Shown in pieces: positions 52,303 through 61,908 of a stretch of 64,000 nucleotides of DNA (position 1 is the first letter of the stretch; every line of letters begins with the position of its first letter). The notes under the pieces were generated by a model, which was not told where the DNA came from, did not search any database, and saw nothing but the letters and a program-made list of their open reading frames with translations. Source of the DNA: Polyangiales bacterium (GTDB lineage: Bacteria; Myxococcota_A; Polyangia; Polyangiales; Polyangiaceae); the NCBI GenBank assembly GCA_038231275.1, contig JBBRLQ010000015.1, positions 32,001 to 96,000 on the forward strand, in the 5' to 3' direction. A program made the translations under genes and the position numbers.

Positions 52303-53739
52303 TCAAAAAGACTTCACGACGAGCTGCGGCAAGGTCACGCACATCTCGTCGGTCGTCTGCTCCCCGAGGAGGACGTCGCCCACTGTCTTGTGCTGCGCGG
52401 AGAGCTCGGACGCCAAGTGCGCGTTGCCCATGGTGTTGTCGTACGTGCAGCGCAGGTGGAGCTTGTCGCCGGGGGCGAGCGGCGGGAGCTGGTCGATCGG
52501 CGCGTCGTACGCATAGAAGCGTTGCCACCCGAAGTCCCAGTGCGGCTCCTGCATCAGGCAGGCCTTGTCGCCGTTCGCGCGCTCCAGATCGACCTTCATG
52601 TCGACGCCGACCAGGTGCATATGCGCCATGATCCCGTAGAGGCGAACGCCTTGCGGGATCGTCTTCGGCACGGTCCACTGCATGGACTCCGTGTGCCCCT
52701 TGTTGTTCGCGGGGATGCGAAACTCGGGGCCGCTCGCCGGATCGTCGGGGCCGGGGAGGAGGCCATCGCCGCCGCTCATCGGGCCCGGGAAATTCCCAAT
52801 GCCTGCAGTGTACAAGTAATACTCGGGCTTCTGATCGACGAACCGGAGTTGGAGCTTCGTCGTGTCTGGCGCAGCCGCAGGGGCGCCGCCGGGGTGGTAG
52901 TGGATCTGCATCACGACGAGCGTGCTCGGCGCGAGGGGGTAGCCGATGTTCGAGGGCAGCTCGACGGGCAGCGCGCCGGGCGCCCACACGGCGACGACGC
53001 CGGCGTCCGTCACGCGCGGGCCGCCCGGGCAATCGTACGTGCCGTCGGCGCCGACGAGAGAGCGGCTCTCCCCTTTGGGGTCGGTGAAGACGACCGCGTG
53101 GTGAACCACCTTCGGGTTGCCCGGCACGACGAAGGTGCCATTCACGTAGCGCGTGGTCGTGAGCTTCGGATCGAGGACGAAGCAGCGGAACTGATCGCGA
53201 TCGCCGCCGGTGACGTACGGCGTCGCGGGGGCGAGCTCCGCGTTGACGCCAGGCAGCGAGCCGCTGCCAAACGAGAGTGGCCCCGGCGCGTCCTTCGGAT
53301 CGCCCTCCGGTGTTCCGTTGTCGACCCACGCGGCGAGCGTCGCGAGCTCCTGCGGTGAGAGGCGCGCGTCGTTTTTCCACCCGAACGGCGGCGTGCACTC
53401 GCTCGTCGTCACGGCGCCCCACGGCGGCATGAGCCCGCGCTGGGTCTGGTCCTTCATCGACCCCGCCATCGGACGCGACTCTTTGAACGTGAAGAGCGAG
53501 AACGGCGCGATACCGCCGCTGCGATGGCAGGTCTGGCAGTGCTTCTGGAGGATGGGCTCGACGTCCTTGTGGAAGGTCGGGCCGATCACGTTCACGTTGC
53601 CGTCGGCGGCGCCGCCGTCGACCGTGTCTCCGGCGTCGGCGGCGAGCTGCGGGCTCGATGCGCCTGAGCACGCCGCGAGGAGCGCAGCGGCCAGCAGCGG
53701 GGAAACGGCGAAGGGGGCGACACGGGCGAGCCACTCCAT
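52303..53739 (-). CDS. Copper type II (PHM/DBM-like) monooxygenase lipoprotein with N-terminal heme c
   Basis: LAAC lipobox; CQTCH...MPPW; VHH, IHY, HMH and DEMC copper-ligand motifs. Confidence 0.85.
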   Translation of the reverse strand: MEWLARVAPFAVSPLLAAALLAACSGASSPQLAADAGDTVDGGAADGNVNVIGPTFHKDVEPILQKHCQTCHRSGGIAPFSLFTFKESRPMAGSMKDQTQRGLMPPWGAVTTSECTPPFGWKNDARLSPQELATLAAWVDNGTPEGDPKDAPGPLSFGSGSLPGVNAELAPATPYVTGGDRDQFRCFVLDPKLTTTRYVNGTFVVPGNPKVVHHAVVFTDPKGESRSLVGADGTYDCPGGPRVTDAGVVAVWAPGALPVELPSNIGYPLAPSTLVVMQIHYHPGGAPAAAPDTTKLQLRFVDQKPEYYLYTAGIGNFPGPMSGGDGLLPGPDDPASGPEFRIPANNKGHTESMQWTVPKTIPQGVRLYGIMAHMHLVGVDMKVDLERANGDKACLMQEPHWDFGWQRFYAYDAPIDQLPPLAPGDKLHLRCTYDNTMGNAHLASELSAQHKTVGDVLLGEQTTDEMCVTLPQLVVKSF

Positions 53740-53770
53740 CTTCGAGGACCTCCAGGTGAGGATACCGGTG

Positions 53771-53786
53771 AGCAGGTCCCGTGCCA
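53771..53786 (-). promoter_or_regulatory. sigma54 promoter of the monooxygenase-amidohydrolase pair
   Basis: Minus strand TGGCACGGGACCTGCT (GG-N10-GC, near consensus). Confidence 0.72.
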
Positions 53787-53891
53787 CTCCCTCGAAGCGA
53801 AAATGTGGGACGCCTCGGAAGGGTGTCGCCGACCGTTCACGCCGCAGCCGCGACCTCCCGCTCACGTCGGGCTCGTTGTAGGTTGGGCGGG

Positions 53892-55331
53892 GTGAAGATC
53901 CGAATCGCCGCATTCGCCACCGTCGCCGCGCTCGCGCTCTTCCCCACGTCGAACGACGCTCGGGCGGAAGCGCCGTCGTCGCTCACCATCGACCTCGCCG
54001 TCGGCGGCACCCTCGACCTCGTGCTCGTGAAGGGCGGCACGTTCACGCAAGGCTCCCCAGCGATCGAGAAGGGACGCGCGGCCGACGAGGCGCAGCGAAA
54101 CGTGACCCTCTCGGACTTCTACGTCGGCAAGACGCTGGTGACGCGGAGGCAGTTCGGCGCGTTCGTCTCCGCGACGGCGTACCGAACGGAGGCCGAGCGC
54201 GGAACGTCGGGCGGCCATGGGTGGGACGGCACTACGCTCGTCCAGAAGAAGGAGTTCACCTGGAAGAACCCCGGCTTCGCGCAGACCGACGACGATCCCG
54301 TCACGATCGTCACCTACGACGACGCGATGGCGTTCGTCGGGTGGGCTTCGCAGCGCGCGCAGCGTCGGCTCGCGTTGCCGACCGAAGCGCAGTTCGAGTA
54401 CGCCGCGCGCGCGGGCACGACGTCGGCGTACTACGCGGGCCACAATGACGAGGACGCCCTCGGCATCGGGTGGTTCAAGAAGAACGCGGGGAACGGCACG
54501 CGGCCGGTCGCGAGCAAGACGCCGAACGCGTTCGGGCTCTACGACATGAGCGGCGACGTCGCGGAGTGGTGCCGCGATTTTTACGCTCCGTATCCCCTGG
54601 GCGACGCAACCGATCCGGTCGTCGACGCGCCCCCCGCGACCGACACGCCGCGACGCGTGCAGCGAGGCGGATCTTGGCTCAAGGACGTGACGCACGGTCG
54701 ATCGGCAGCGCGGGCGCGCAGCACGCCGGGGAGCAGGAACGCCGATGACGGCTTCCGGGTAGCGTCGAGCGATCTGGTCGGGAAGCCAGCCTTCGCGCCC
54801 ACCGCCCTGCCCCCCGCGCCGCTGCAGGTGCCCCTCACGACGTCGCCCACGAACGCGCCTTCTTCTGGCCCGGGATTCGGAGCCATCGCGCTGCTCGTCC
54901 TCGGAGGCGGAGTGGCGGCGCTCCTCTTCGCCTTCCTTCGCGGACGCGGTCGCCCGGCGGGCATCCCCACCTTCGGATCGGGGCCGGGCGACGTCTCGGT
55001 GCGGGTCGTCGACGATGGGTTCTGGCTCGGCGCGGGGCTGCCCGCCGGAACGCGTGTAAAATACACATGTTCCGTGCGCGGCGTGCCGGTGACCGACACC
55101 GTCAACGTCGACGGCGGCGCGCGCGGGACATTCGTCTACACCGGCGGCGCGCCGGTGAACGTGCGGATCCTCGAGGTCACGTCCGTCGACGACGACTACC
55201 CCCGAGGCGGCGGTGGGCCGATGTACCGCGGAGCCAACCCGAACCCCGTCTACGTGGGCGTCCCGGTCCGCAACGACGATCCGCCGGCTCCTAGCCCGCA
55301 GCCGTTCGGGGGGTATCCGCCTGCGTACTGA
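53892..55331 (+). CDS. FGE/SUMF1-domain membrane-anchored protein (lacks catalytic Cys)
   Basis: LPTEAQFEYAARAG, NAFGLYDMSGDVAEW, RGGSW, GFRV; C-terminal TM plus tail. Confidence 0.88.
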   Translation: MKIRIAAFATVAALALFPTSNDARAEAPSSLTIDLAVGGTLDLVLVKGGTFTQGSPAIEKGRAADEAQRNVTLSDFYVGKTLVTRRQFGAFVSATAYRTEAERGTSGGHGWDGTTLVQKKEFTWKNPGFAQTDDDPVTIVTYDDAMAFVGWASQRAQRRLALPTEAQFEYAARAGTTSAYYAGHNDEDALGIGWFKKNAGNGTRPVASKTPNAFGLYDMSGDVAEWCRDFYAPYPLGDATDPVVDAPPATDTPRRVQRGGSWLKDVTHGRSAARARSTPGSRNADDGFRVASSDLVGKPAFAPTALPPAPLQVPLTTSPTNAPSSGPGFGAIALLVLGGGVAALLFAFLRGRGRPAGIPTFGSGPGDVSVRVVDDGFWLGAGLPAGTRVKYTCSVRGVPVTDTVNVDGGARGTFVYTGGAPVNVRILEVTSVDDDYPRGGGGPMYRGANPNPVYVGVPVRNDDPPAPSPQPFGGYPPAY

Positions 55332-55350
55332 GCCTCGCGCGGCGGCGGCG

Positions 55351-58005
55351 ATGCGCGCGTACGTCGAGGCTGGGCCTCGGGCCGAGCGCACGCGGAGGAC
55401 GCTTCGCGCGTGCGGCGTGGAGATCGCGGACGCGCTCGACGGGTCGGCGCCGGTGTGGCTCGTACGCGCGGGCGCGTGGCCGGCGGAGAGGCCGCGCGCG
55501 CCGATGGAGAGCGCGACGGGGCGGCCGCTCGTCGCCCTCGGACGTGTGCGGGAGGCGCCAGGCGGCGACGCGCACGACGACACGCGCGCATGGGACGACG
55601 CGATCGCGACGAGCGGCGGAGATCTCGCCCACTGCGCCGGCGAGCTCCCCCCGATCGCGAGCGCGTATCTGGACGCGCGCGCCGCCGCGATGCTGGTCGC
55701 GCGCACGGGCGCCGGAGCGACGATCGACGCCGCGCTGCTCGACCTCATGGCGCACGCGGACTTGCGCGTCGTTCGCGTGCCGGCGCTCGACGTCCACACC
55801 GACGCCCGGCTCCGCGTCGCCGAGATCACGACGAGCTTCCAGCAAGGGGGCGCGGAGCGGATCGTCATCGCGCTCGTCCATGCGCTGCGCGAGCGCGGGG
55901 CTGCCGTGCTGCCGGTGGTCCTCGGGCGAGCCATGCGCCGGACGTTCGACGCGCCTGCGGAGACGCTCGATCTCTCGGCGATGCGCGGCGATCGTCCCGC
56001 GCGGACGGAGGCGCTCCGCGGGGCGCTCGTGGCGTACGGCGCCGACGTCGTCCACGCGCACCTCCTCGACGCGGACGATCTCGCGCGCCTCGCGTCGGCG
56101 GAAATCCCGGTGGTCGTTACCGTGCATAATGCACGCAATGGATGGCCCGACGGGCTGGCGTCGCTGCGCGCCGGCGACGCGGCGTTGCTCATCGCGTGCT
56201 CGCGCGAGGCCGAGAAGGACCTCCGCGCCGCCGACCTCCCCTGCCCCACGCGGACGGTATGGAACGGGATCGCCCCCTCGGCGGCGACGGCTTCGCGACG
56301 CGCGACGCGGCAGGCGCATGCGATCCCCGACGACGCGGTGCTCCTCCTCTCTGTCGCCAACCCGCGCCCGCAAAAGAGGCTGCATCTGCTCCCGTCGATC
56401 GCGCGCGCCGTCGAGCGGCGCCTCGGACGCGAAGCTCACGTGCTCGTGGCGGGGGACGCCTCACCGGCCGCGCGCGCGTCGCTCGACGCATTGACCGAGG
56501 CGATCGCAACCCACGGCGCCGCCGAGCGCACGCACCTCGCCGGATCCATCGACGACGTCGCGTCACTCTACGCGGCCGCCGACGTGCTCGTCGCGCCGAG
56601 CGCGTACGAGGGGCTGAGCCTCGTGCACCTCGAGGCGCTCTCGGGAGGCCTGCCCGTCGTGACCACCCAGGTCGGCGGCGCCGCCGAGATCGCGCACCCG
56701 GCGGTGCACCTCGTCGATCGCGAGGCCACCGCGGAGGACTACGCCGAGAACGTGGCGCGCGCGCTCGAGGACGGCCGAACGGGCGCGCTGCCAGCAGGCT
56801 TCACAGTCGCGCGGATGGCATCGAGCTATTGGGGGCACCTCGAGCGGGTCGCGCGAATGGCGGCGCCGCGACCCGCGCGCGAGGGCCTCCTGCTCGTGAC
56901 GAACAACCTCTCGACCGGCGGCGCGCAGTCCAGCCTCCGCCGCCTCCTCGTCGGCCTCGCGGCGCGCGGCGTCCCCGTGCGCGCCGCCACGCTCGAAGAG
57001 CGCGACGATCACCCGACGCCGGGCCTCGTGGCCCTTCGCGCCGCCGGCATCGAAGTGCTCGCGGCGCCCATGGCCAGCGCGCACGATCCCGGGGACACCG
57101 CCGACGCGGTCGCAGCGTTCTGCGATCGCGCGCCGCCCGACGCGCTCTTGTTCGTCAACGCGATCTGCGAGCACAAGGTCCTCCTCGCCGATCGCCTCTA
57201 CGACGTGCCGATCTTCGACGCGAGCCCCGGCGAGATGTACTTCGCGTCGATGGAGCGCTATTTCGCGCGGCCCAGGCCGGGCCTCCCGTACTCCTCGCCT
57301 CGCGACTACGGCGCACGCTTGGCCGGCGCGATCGTGAAGTACGAGGGCGAGGCGACGCGCGCGCGGGATGCGCTCGGCGCGCCGGTGCACGTGATCCCGA
57401 ACGGCGTTCCGCTCGACACGGCGCGGCCTCGGGCTTCGCGTGACGACGTGCTCGTCCTCGGAACGAGCGCGCGCATCGCCCCGCAAAAGAAGCTGGAGGA
57501 GCTGCTCCGCGCGCTCCGGTCGGCGGCGCCGTCGATGCCGAGGTTCGTGATGCGCATCGCGGGAGCGCCGGAGCACGGCGCCGAGGACTACGCGGAGGGG
57601 CTGCGGCGAGAGGCGGAGGGGTTGCCGATCGAGTGGCTCGGAGAGACCGACGACATCAGCGCCTTCCTCGCGACGCTCGATCTGTTCGTGATGGTCGCCG
57701 AGCCCGCGGGGTGTCCGAACGCGTCGCTCGAGGCGATGGCGGCGGGACTGCCGGTGGTGGCGACCGACGTGGGCGGCGCCTCCGAGCAGGTCGTCGACGG
57801 CGAGAACGGGCGGCTCGTGGCTCGCGGCGACGAGGAGGCGCTCTCCCGTGCGCTCGTAGACGGCGCGTGCGATCGCGAGCGCCTCGCGGTGTGGGGAAGG
57901 GCCGGCCGCGCGCGCGCTGCACGCCTGTTCGACGTGGAGCGAATGATCGACGACTACGCGCGCGTGCTCGGCGTTCGAGTCAGGGCTGGCGCTCGGGGCG
58001 CATGA
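55351..58005 (+). CDS. Tandem GT4 glycosyltransferase
   Basis: Two GT-B modules: GGAER...EGLSLVHLEA...GGAAE and GGAQS...GCPNASLEAMAAGLPVVATDVGG. Confidence 0.88.
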   Translation: MRAYVEAGPRAERTRRTLRACGVEIADALDGSAPVWLVRAGAWPAERPRAPMESATGRPLVALGRVREAPGGDAHDDTRAWDDAIATSGGDLAHCAGELPPIASAYLDARAAAMLVARTGAGATIDAALLDLMAHADLRVVRVPALDVHTDARLRVAEITTSFQQGGAERIVIALVHALRERGAAVLPVVLGRAMRRTFDAPAETLDLSAMRGDRPARTEALRGALVAYGADVVHAHLLDADDLARLASAEIPVVVTVHNARNGWPDGLASLRAGDAALLIACSREAEKDLRAADLPCPTRTVWNGIAPSAATASRRATRQAHAIPDDAVLLLSVANPRPQKRLHLLPSIARAVERRLGREAHVLVAGDASPAARASLDALTEAIATHGAAERTHLAGSIDDVASLYAAADVLVAPSAYEGLSLVHLEALSGGLPVVTTQVGGAAEIAHPAVHLVDREATAEDYAENVARALEDGRTGALPAGFTVARMASSYWGHLERVARMAAPRPAREGLLLVTNNLSTGGAQSSLRRLLVGLAARGVPVRAATLEERDDHPTPGLVALRAAGIEVLAAPMASAHDPGDTADAVAAFCDRAPPDALLFVNAICEHKVLLADRLYDVPIFDASPGEMYFASMERYFARPRPGLPYSSPRDYGARLAGAIVKYEGEATRARDALGAPVHVIPNGVPLDTARPRASRDDVLVLGTSARIAPQKKLEELLRALRSAAPSMPRFVMRIAGAPEHGAEDYAEGLRREAEGLPIEWLGETDDISAFLATLDLFVMVAEPAGCPNASLEAMAAGLPVVATDVGGASEQVVDGENGRLVARGDEEALSRALVDGACDRERLAVWGRAGRARAARLFDVERMIDDYARVLGVRVRAGARGA

Positions 58006-58807
58006 AGCCCAAGAGCAGTCCGAAATAGGTCGACTCCGCGTTCACCGGCGGACCGCCCCGCACCGAGACGTCGCCGGTCTCGAGCCGCACGTTCGTGCAG
58101 ACGAGGACCGGGCGCGCCTTGCCGCAGAGGCGCATGCCCACCACGTCGAGCGGCCCGCCTTCGTGGCGCGCGAATATATGTGTGTAGTCCACATATAGAT
58201 CGAGCAGCGGCATCTGGACGGTGCCGAGCGCCCCGACCTCGGGAGACAGGTTCAGCGGTCGCTCTGCCGCGTCGCCGGCGTGGCGCCACCCAAAAAGGAT
58301 GACGCCGCCCTTGCCGACGATCTCCGCGAGCTTTCCGTTGCCCAAGTATTGCCAGCCGAGGTGGCCCTGCGGGAGCTCGAGCCGCAGGTCCGACAGCGCT
58401 GCGTTGCCGAAGAACGACGCATCGAGTCCGCCGCGAACGATCGGACCGTGATCCTTCGCGACCGGCGCGCGCCAGCCCCCGGACACCGCCATCGACATCG
58501 CGCCCTCGACGCCCTTCACCCCGCCGCCCAGCGCGAACGCGTTCATGAAGCGCACGGCGACGCCGTGCTCGTGTCCGAACCCGACCCGCGCGCCGCCGAG
58601 CGTCAGCGAAGGGACCTGGAAGCTCCGGTCCGCGCCGCGCGTTCGGGTCACGCTCCCTTGCAAGCCGAACGTGTCACCCACGCTGAACCCCACCGTCTCC
58701 CCCTGGTGCATCGGCGGCGCGGGGTTGAAGAGGTCCTCGGTGGCGTGCGCGGGCGTTGCCGCGCAGAGCACGAAGAGAATCACGGACACTTCGAGGCGAG
58801 ATCTCAC
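57980..58807 (-). CDS. Hypothetical secreted/outer-membrane beta-rich protein
   Basis: Signal peptide (AHA), alternating beta-strands, terminal FGLLLGF. Confidence 0.7.
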   Translation of the reverse strand: MRSRLEVSVILFVLCAATPAHATEDLFNPAPPMHQGETVGFSVGDTFGLQGSVTRTRGADRSFQVPSLTLGGARVGFGHEHGVAVRFMNAFALGGGVKGVEGAMSMAVSGGWRAPVAKDHGPIVRGGLDASFFGNAALSDLRLELPQGHLGWQYLGNGKLAEIVGKGGVILFGWRHAGDAAERPLNLSPEVGALGTVQMPLLDLYVDYTHIFARHEGGPLDVVGMRLCGKARPVLVCTNVRLETGDVSVRGGPPVNAESTYFGLLLGFMRPERQP

Positions 58808-58816
58808 GCGCCGCTC

Positions 58817-59785
58817 TCAGAGTCCTTTGCGACGAATCATGTCGACGAGGGTCGTGCGGTTCAGCCCGAGGAGCTGGGCCGCGCGGTTCTTGTTTCCGTT
58901 CGTCCTCGCGAGCGCCTGCTTGATCAAGCTCGTCTCGTAGGCGTCCACGACGGCGCGCAGATCGATCCCGTCGGCGGGCAGCTCCGGGACTGCGTCGCTC
59001 GGCATGCCGGCGCGCCGAACGCGATCGGGGAGATCGGTCGGCAGGATGTTGGGGCCGCGCGAGAGGAGCACTGCGCGCTCGATGGCGTTCTCGAGCGCCC
59101 GGATGTTGCCCGGCCAGTCGCTCGTCTTCAACATCTCGATCGCCTCGGGCGCGAAGCCAACGACGTCGGTACGCCCGCTCCGCGCGGCGTGCATCGCGCG
59201 AAAGTGCTCGGCGAGGTGCGGGACGTCGATCGCGCGTTCGCGGAGCGGAGGCAGATGTAGGTGGATGACGTTGAGGCGGTAGAACAGATCCTCGCGGAAC
59301 CTGCCCCGCGCGACCTCTTCGTCGAGATCGCGGTTGGTCGCGGCGACGATGCGAATGTCGCACTTGAGGACGCGCGAATCGCCGACCGGCGAGTACTCGC
59401 GCGCTTGGAGGAGTCGCAGGATTTTCACCTGGAGCTGCAGCGGGAGCTCGCCGACCTCGTCGAGGAAGAGCGTCCCGCCTTCCGCCGCACCCACTCGTCC
59501 CTGGCGCGCGGCGTGCGCTCCGGTGAACGATCCCTTGGCGTGGCCGAAGAGCTCCGTTTCGAGCAAATTTTCGGGGATCGCGCCGCAGTTGATCGTGACC
59601 ATCGGCGCCGCGCTGCGTGGGCTCGCGTCATGGAGCGCGGCGACCGCGAGCTCCTTCCCGGTGCCGCTCTCGCCCGTCACGAGCACCGTGCACGACGACG
59701 CCGCGATGCGATCGATCAGCGCGAGCACGTTGATGATGCTCTCGTGCTGACTCACGATCTCCCCGCGGGAGGTAACGCGCGTCAT
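58817..59785 (-). CDS. sigma54 enhancer-binding protein lacking an N-terminal sensor domain
   Basis: [50 protein letters not shown]. Confidence 0.92.
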   Translation of the reverse strand: MTRVTSRGEIVSQHESIINVLALIDRIAASSCTVLVTGESGTGKELAVAALHDASPRSAAPMVTINCGAIPENLLETELFGHAKGSFTGAHAARQGRVGAAEGGTLFLDEVGELPLQLQVKILRLLQAREYSPVGDSRVLKCDIRIVAATNRDLDEEVARGRFREDLFYRLNVIHLHLPPLRERAIDVPHLAEHFRAMHAARSGRTDVVGFAPEAIEMLKTSDWPGNIRALENAIERAVLLSRGPNILPTDLPDRVRRAGMPSDAVPELPADGIDLRAVVDAYETSLIKQALARTNGNKNRAAQLLGLNRTTLVDMIRRKGL

Positions 59786-59940
59786 CGGCTTAACGAGCGA
59801 TGTTCGAGGCGAGTCCTGCACAAGCTCTCCCCAGGTTCCCCGGAGGCTCCAAATCAACGGCGAGCGATCTCCACCAGGGCACCATGGTGACCCTTCCCGC
59901 GGGGCAAATCCAGGGGCACTTTGTGGTACCGTTTCGGGCG

Positions 59941-61893
59941 ATGTCGAAGCCGCTCCGCGTCCTGATCGTCGACGAGTCCGAGGAGGACGCGTCGCTCGCC
60001 ATTCGCGAGCTGCGACGGAGCGGGTACGAGCCGGTGCACGAGCGATGCGACACGCAGGCGGCCTTCAAGGCCGCGCTCGAGTGGAAGACGTGGGACGTGA
60101 TCATCGCGGACTACGAGCTGCCGCGCTTCAACGGGCTCACCGCGCTCGGCATCGCGCGCGAGACGGGGCTCGATATCCCCTTCATCCTCGTCTCCGGCAC
60201 CATCGGCGAGAGCTTGGCGGTGACGGCGATGAAGGCCGGCGCGCAGGACTACGTCCTCAAGGGCGATCTCGCGCGCCTCCCCGCCGCGGTCGAGCGCGAG
60301 GTGCGCGAGGCCAAGGTCCGCAAGAAGCGGCGCGAGGTCGAGGAGACGCTTCAGCGCTCGTATCGCTCGTTCCGGCAGGTCCTCGACTCGGCGCCCGACG
60401 GGATCGCTGTTGTCCGCGACGACAAGCTCGTCTACGCCAACCACGCGCTCGCGGCGTGCTTCGGCCACGAGAGCCCCGACGATCTCCTGGGCGCGAGCCC
60501 GTGGAGCCTGCTCACGCGCGACGATCGCGCCGAGGCCGAGTCGTGGATGCGCGAAGTGCTCGAAGGAAGGAGCCCGCCCGCGTCCACCGCACGCCGTGTC
60601 CCTCCGCACGAGTACCTCGGCGTTCGCGTGGACGGCGCCGTCGTCGCCCTCGACATCAGTGCCTCGCACGTCGAGAACTTCGACGGCCTTCCCGCGCTCC
60701 TCCTGTTCGTCCGCGACGCGACCGAGAAGCGACGCGCGATGGCGCAGGTCATCATGGCCGATCGCCTGGTCGCGACCGGCATGCTCGCCGCCGGCGCCGC
60801 CCTCGAGCTCAACAACCCACTCTCGTACATCGCGTCGAACCTCACGTTTCTCGCCGAAGAGGCGACGAAGCTGGAGGCCGAGATCGGCAAAGACCGCGCG
60901 CACGAGATGGCCCAGGTCATCGGCGAGGCGAAGGCCGGCATCGAGCGCATCCGCGTGATCGTCCGCGATTTGCGGAGCCTCTCGCACACCGACGACGCCG
61001 ATCGCGGCCGCGTAGAAGTGCGCAGTGCGCTCGAGAGCGCGCTCAGCATGGCGTGGAGCGAGGTCCGCAGCGTCGCGAACGTGACGAAGGACCTGGTCGC
61101 CTCGCCGCGAATTCTCGCCAACGAAGGGCGCCTGATCCAGCTCTTCTTGGCGCTATTCAACACCGCCGCGCAAGCGATGGAGCGGAAGAACGCCGACGTC
61201 AACGAGATCCGCATCTCGCTCACGCAAGACGAGACCAACGTGATCGTGGAGATCGCCGACAACGGCCGCGGCATCCCCGAGGATCAGCTCGAGAAGATCT
61301 TCGATCCCCTCCACTCGACGAAGGTCGGCGCGGCGACGGGGCTCGGCATCTCGGTGGCGCACGGGATCGTGCAGTCGCTCGGCGGCACGCTCACCGTCAC
61401 GAGCGCGCTTCAGCGCGGGACCACGGTACGCGTCACGTTCCCGGCAGAGGCGCGCGTCCCCTCCCCCGCGCCGCTCGCCGCCACCGCGACGATGCCGCCC
61501 GAGCAAGCGCGCGTCCTCCTCGTCGACGACGAGCCCCTCATCTCGGCTTCGCTCCGACGCCTCCTGATGCGCGACTGCGAGGTCGTCATCGCCAACGGCG
61601 GCGCCGAGGCGCTGGCGCACCTGAAGCTCGACGACGGCTTCGACGTCATCTTCTGCGATTTGATGATGCCGGACGTCACCGGGATGGACGTCTACGCCGA
61701 GCTCAAGAAGGATCGACCGGAGATCGCTGAGCGTCTCGTCTTCCTCACGGGCGCCGGATTCACGCCGCGCATCCAGGAGTTCTTGAACCGCGTCTCGAAC
61801 GCGCGAATGGACAAGCCGGTCGACGTGCAAAAGATCCGCACCATCGTCCGCGATCGCAGCGCGTCGCGACGCCGGCCTTCGCCGCAGGCCTGA
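59941..61893 (+). CDS. Hybrid REC-PAS-HisKA-HATPase-REC protein with degenerate kinase core
   Basis: Two intact REC Asp; H-box AALELNNPL (His to Leu); N-box LALFNTAAQA; DNGRGI; ATGLG. Confidence 0.9.
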   Translation: MSKPLRVLIVDESEEDASLAIRELRRSGYEPVHERCDTQAAFKAALEWKTWDVIIADYELPRFNGLTALGIARETGLDIPFILVSGTIGESLAVTAMKAGAQDYVLKGDLARLPAAVEREVREAKVRKKRREVEETLQRSYRSFRQVLDSAPDGIAVVRDDKLVYANHALAACFGHESPDDLLGASPWSLLTRDDRAEAESWMREVLEGRSPPASTARRVPPHEYLGVRVDGAVVALDISASHVENFDGLPALLLFVRDATEKRRAMAQVIMADRLVATGMLAAGAALELNNPLSYIASNLTFLAEEATKLEAEIGKDRAHEMAQVIGEAKAGIERIRVIVRDLRSLSHTDDADRGRVEVRSALESALSMAWSEVRSVANVTKDLVASPRILANEGRLIQLFLALFNTAAQAMERKNADVNEIRISLTQDETNVIVEIADNGRGIPEDQLEKIFDPLHSTKVGAATGLGISVAHGIVQSLGGTLTVTSALQRGTTVRVTFPAEARVPSPAPLAATATMPPEQARVLLVDDEPLISASLRRLLMRDCEVVIANGGAEALAHLKLDDGFDVIFCDLMMPDVTGMDVYAELKKDRPEIAERLVFLTGAGFTPRIQEFLNRVSNARMDKPVDVQKIRTIVRDRSASRRRPSPQA

Positions 61894-61908
61894 TCGACCG
61901 CGCCTCGC

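Noticed and set aside
53892..55331. FGE/CLec-fold protein as a diversity-generating retroelement target
   Set aside because: No reverse transcriptase and no template-repeat copy of the RGGSW...GFR region seen in the window
59816..59835. GG-N10-GC upstream of the sensor-less EBP
   Set aside because: Only the minimal dinucleotides match; expected by chance at this GC content
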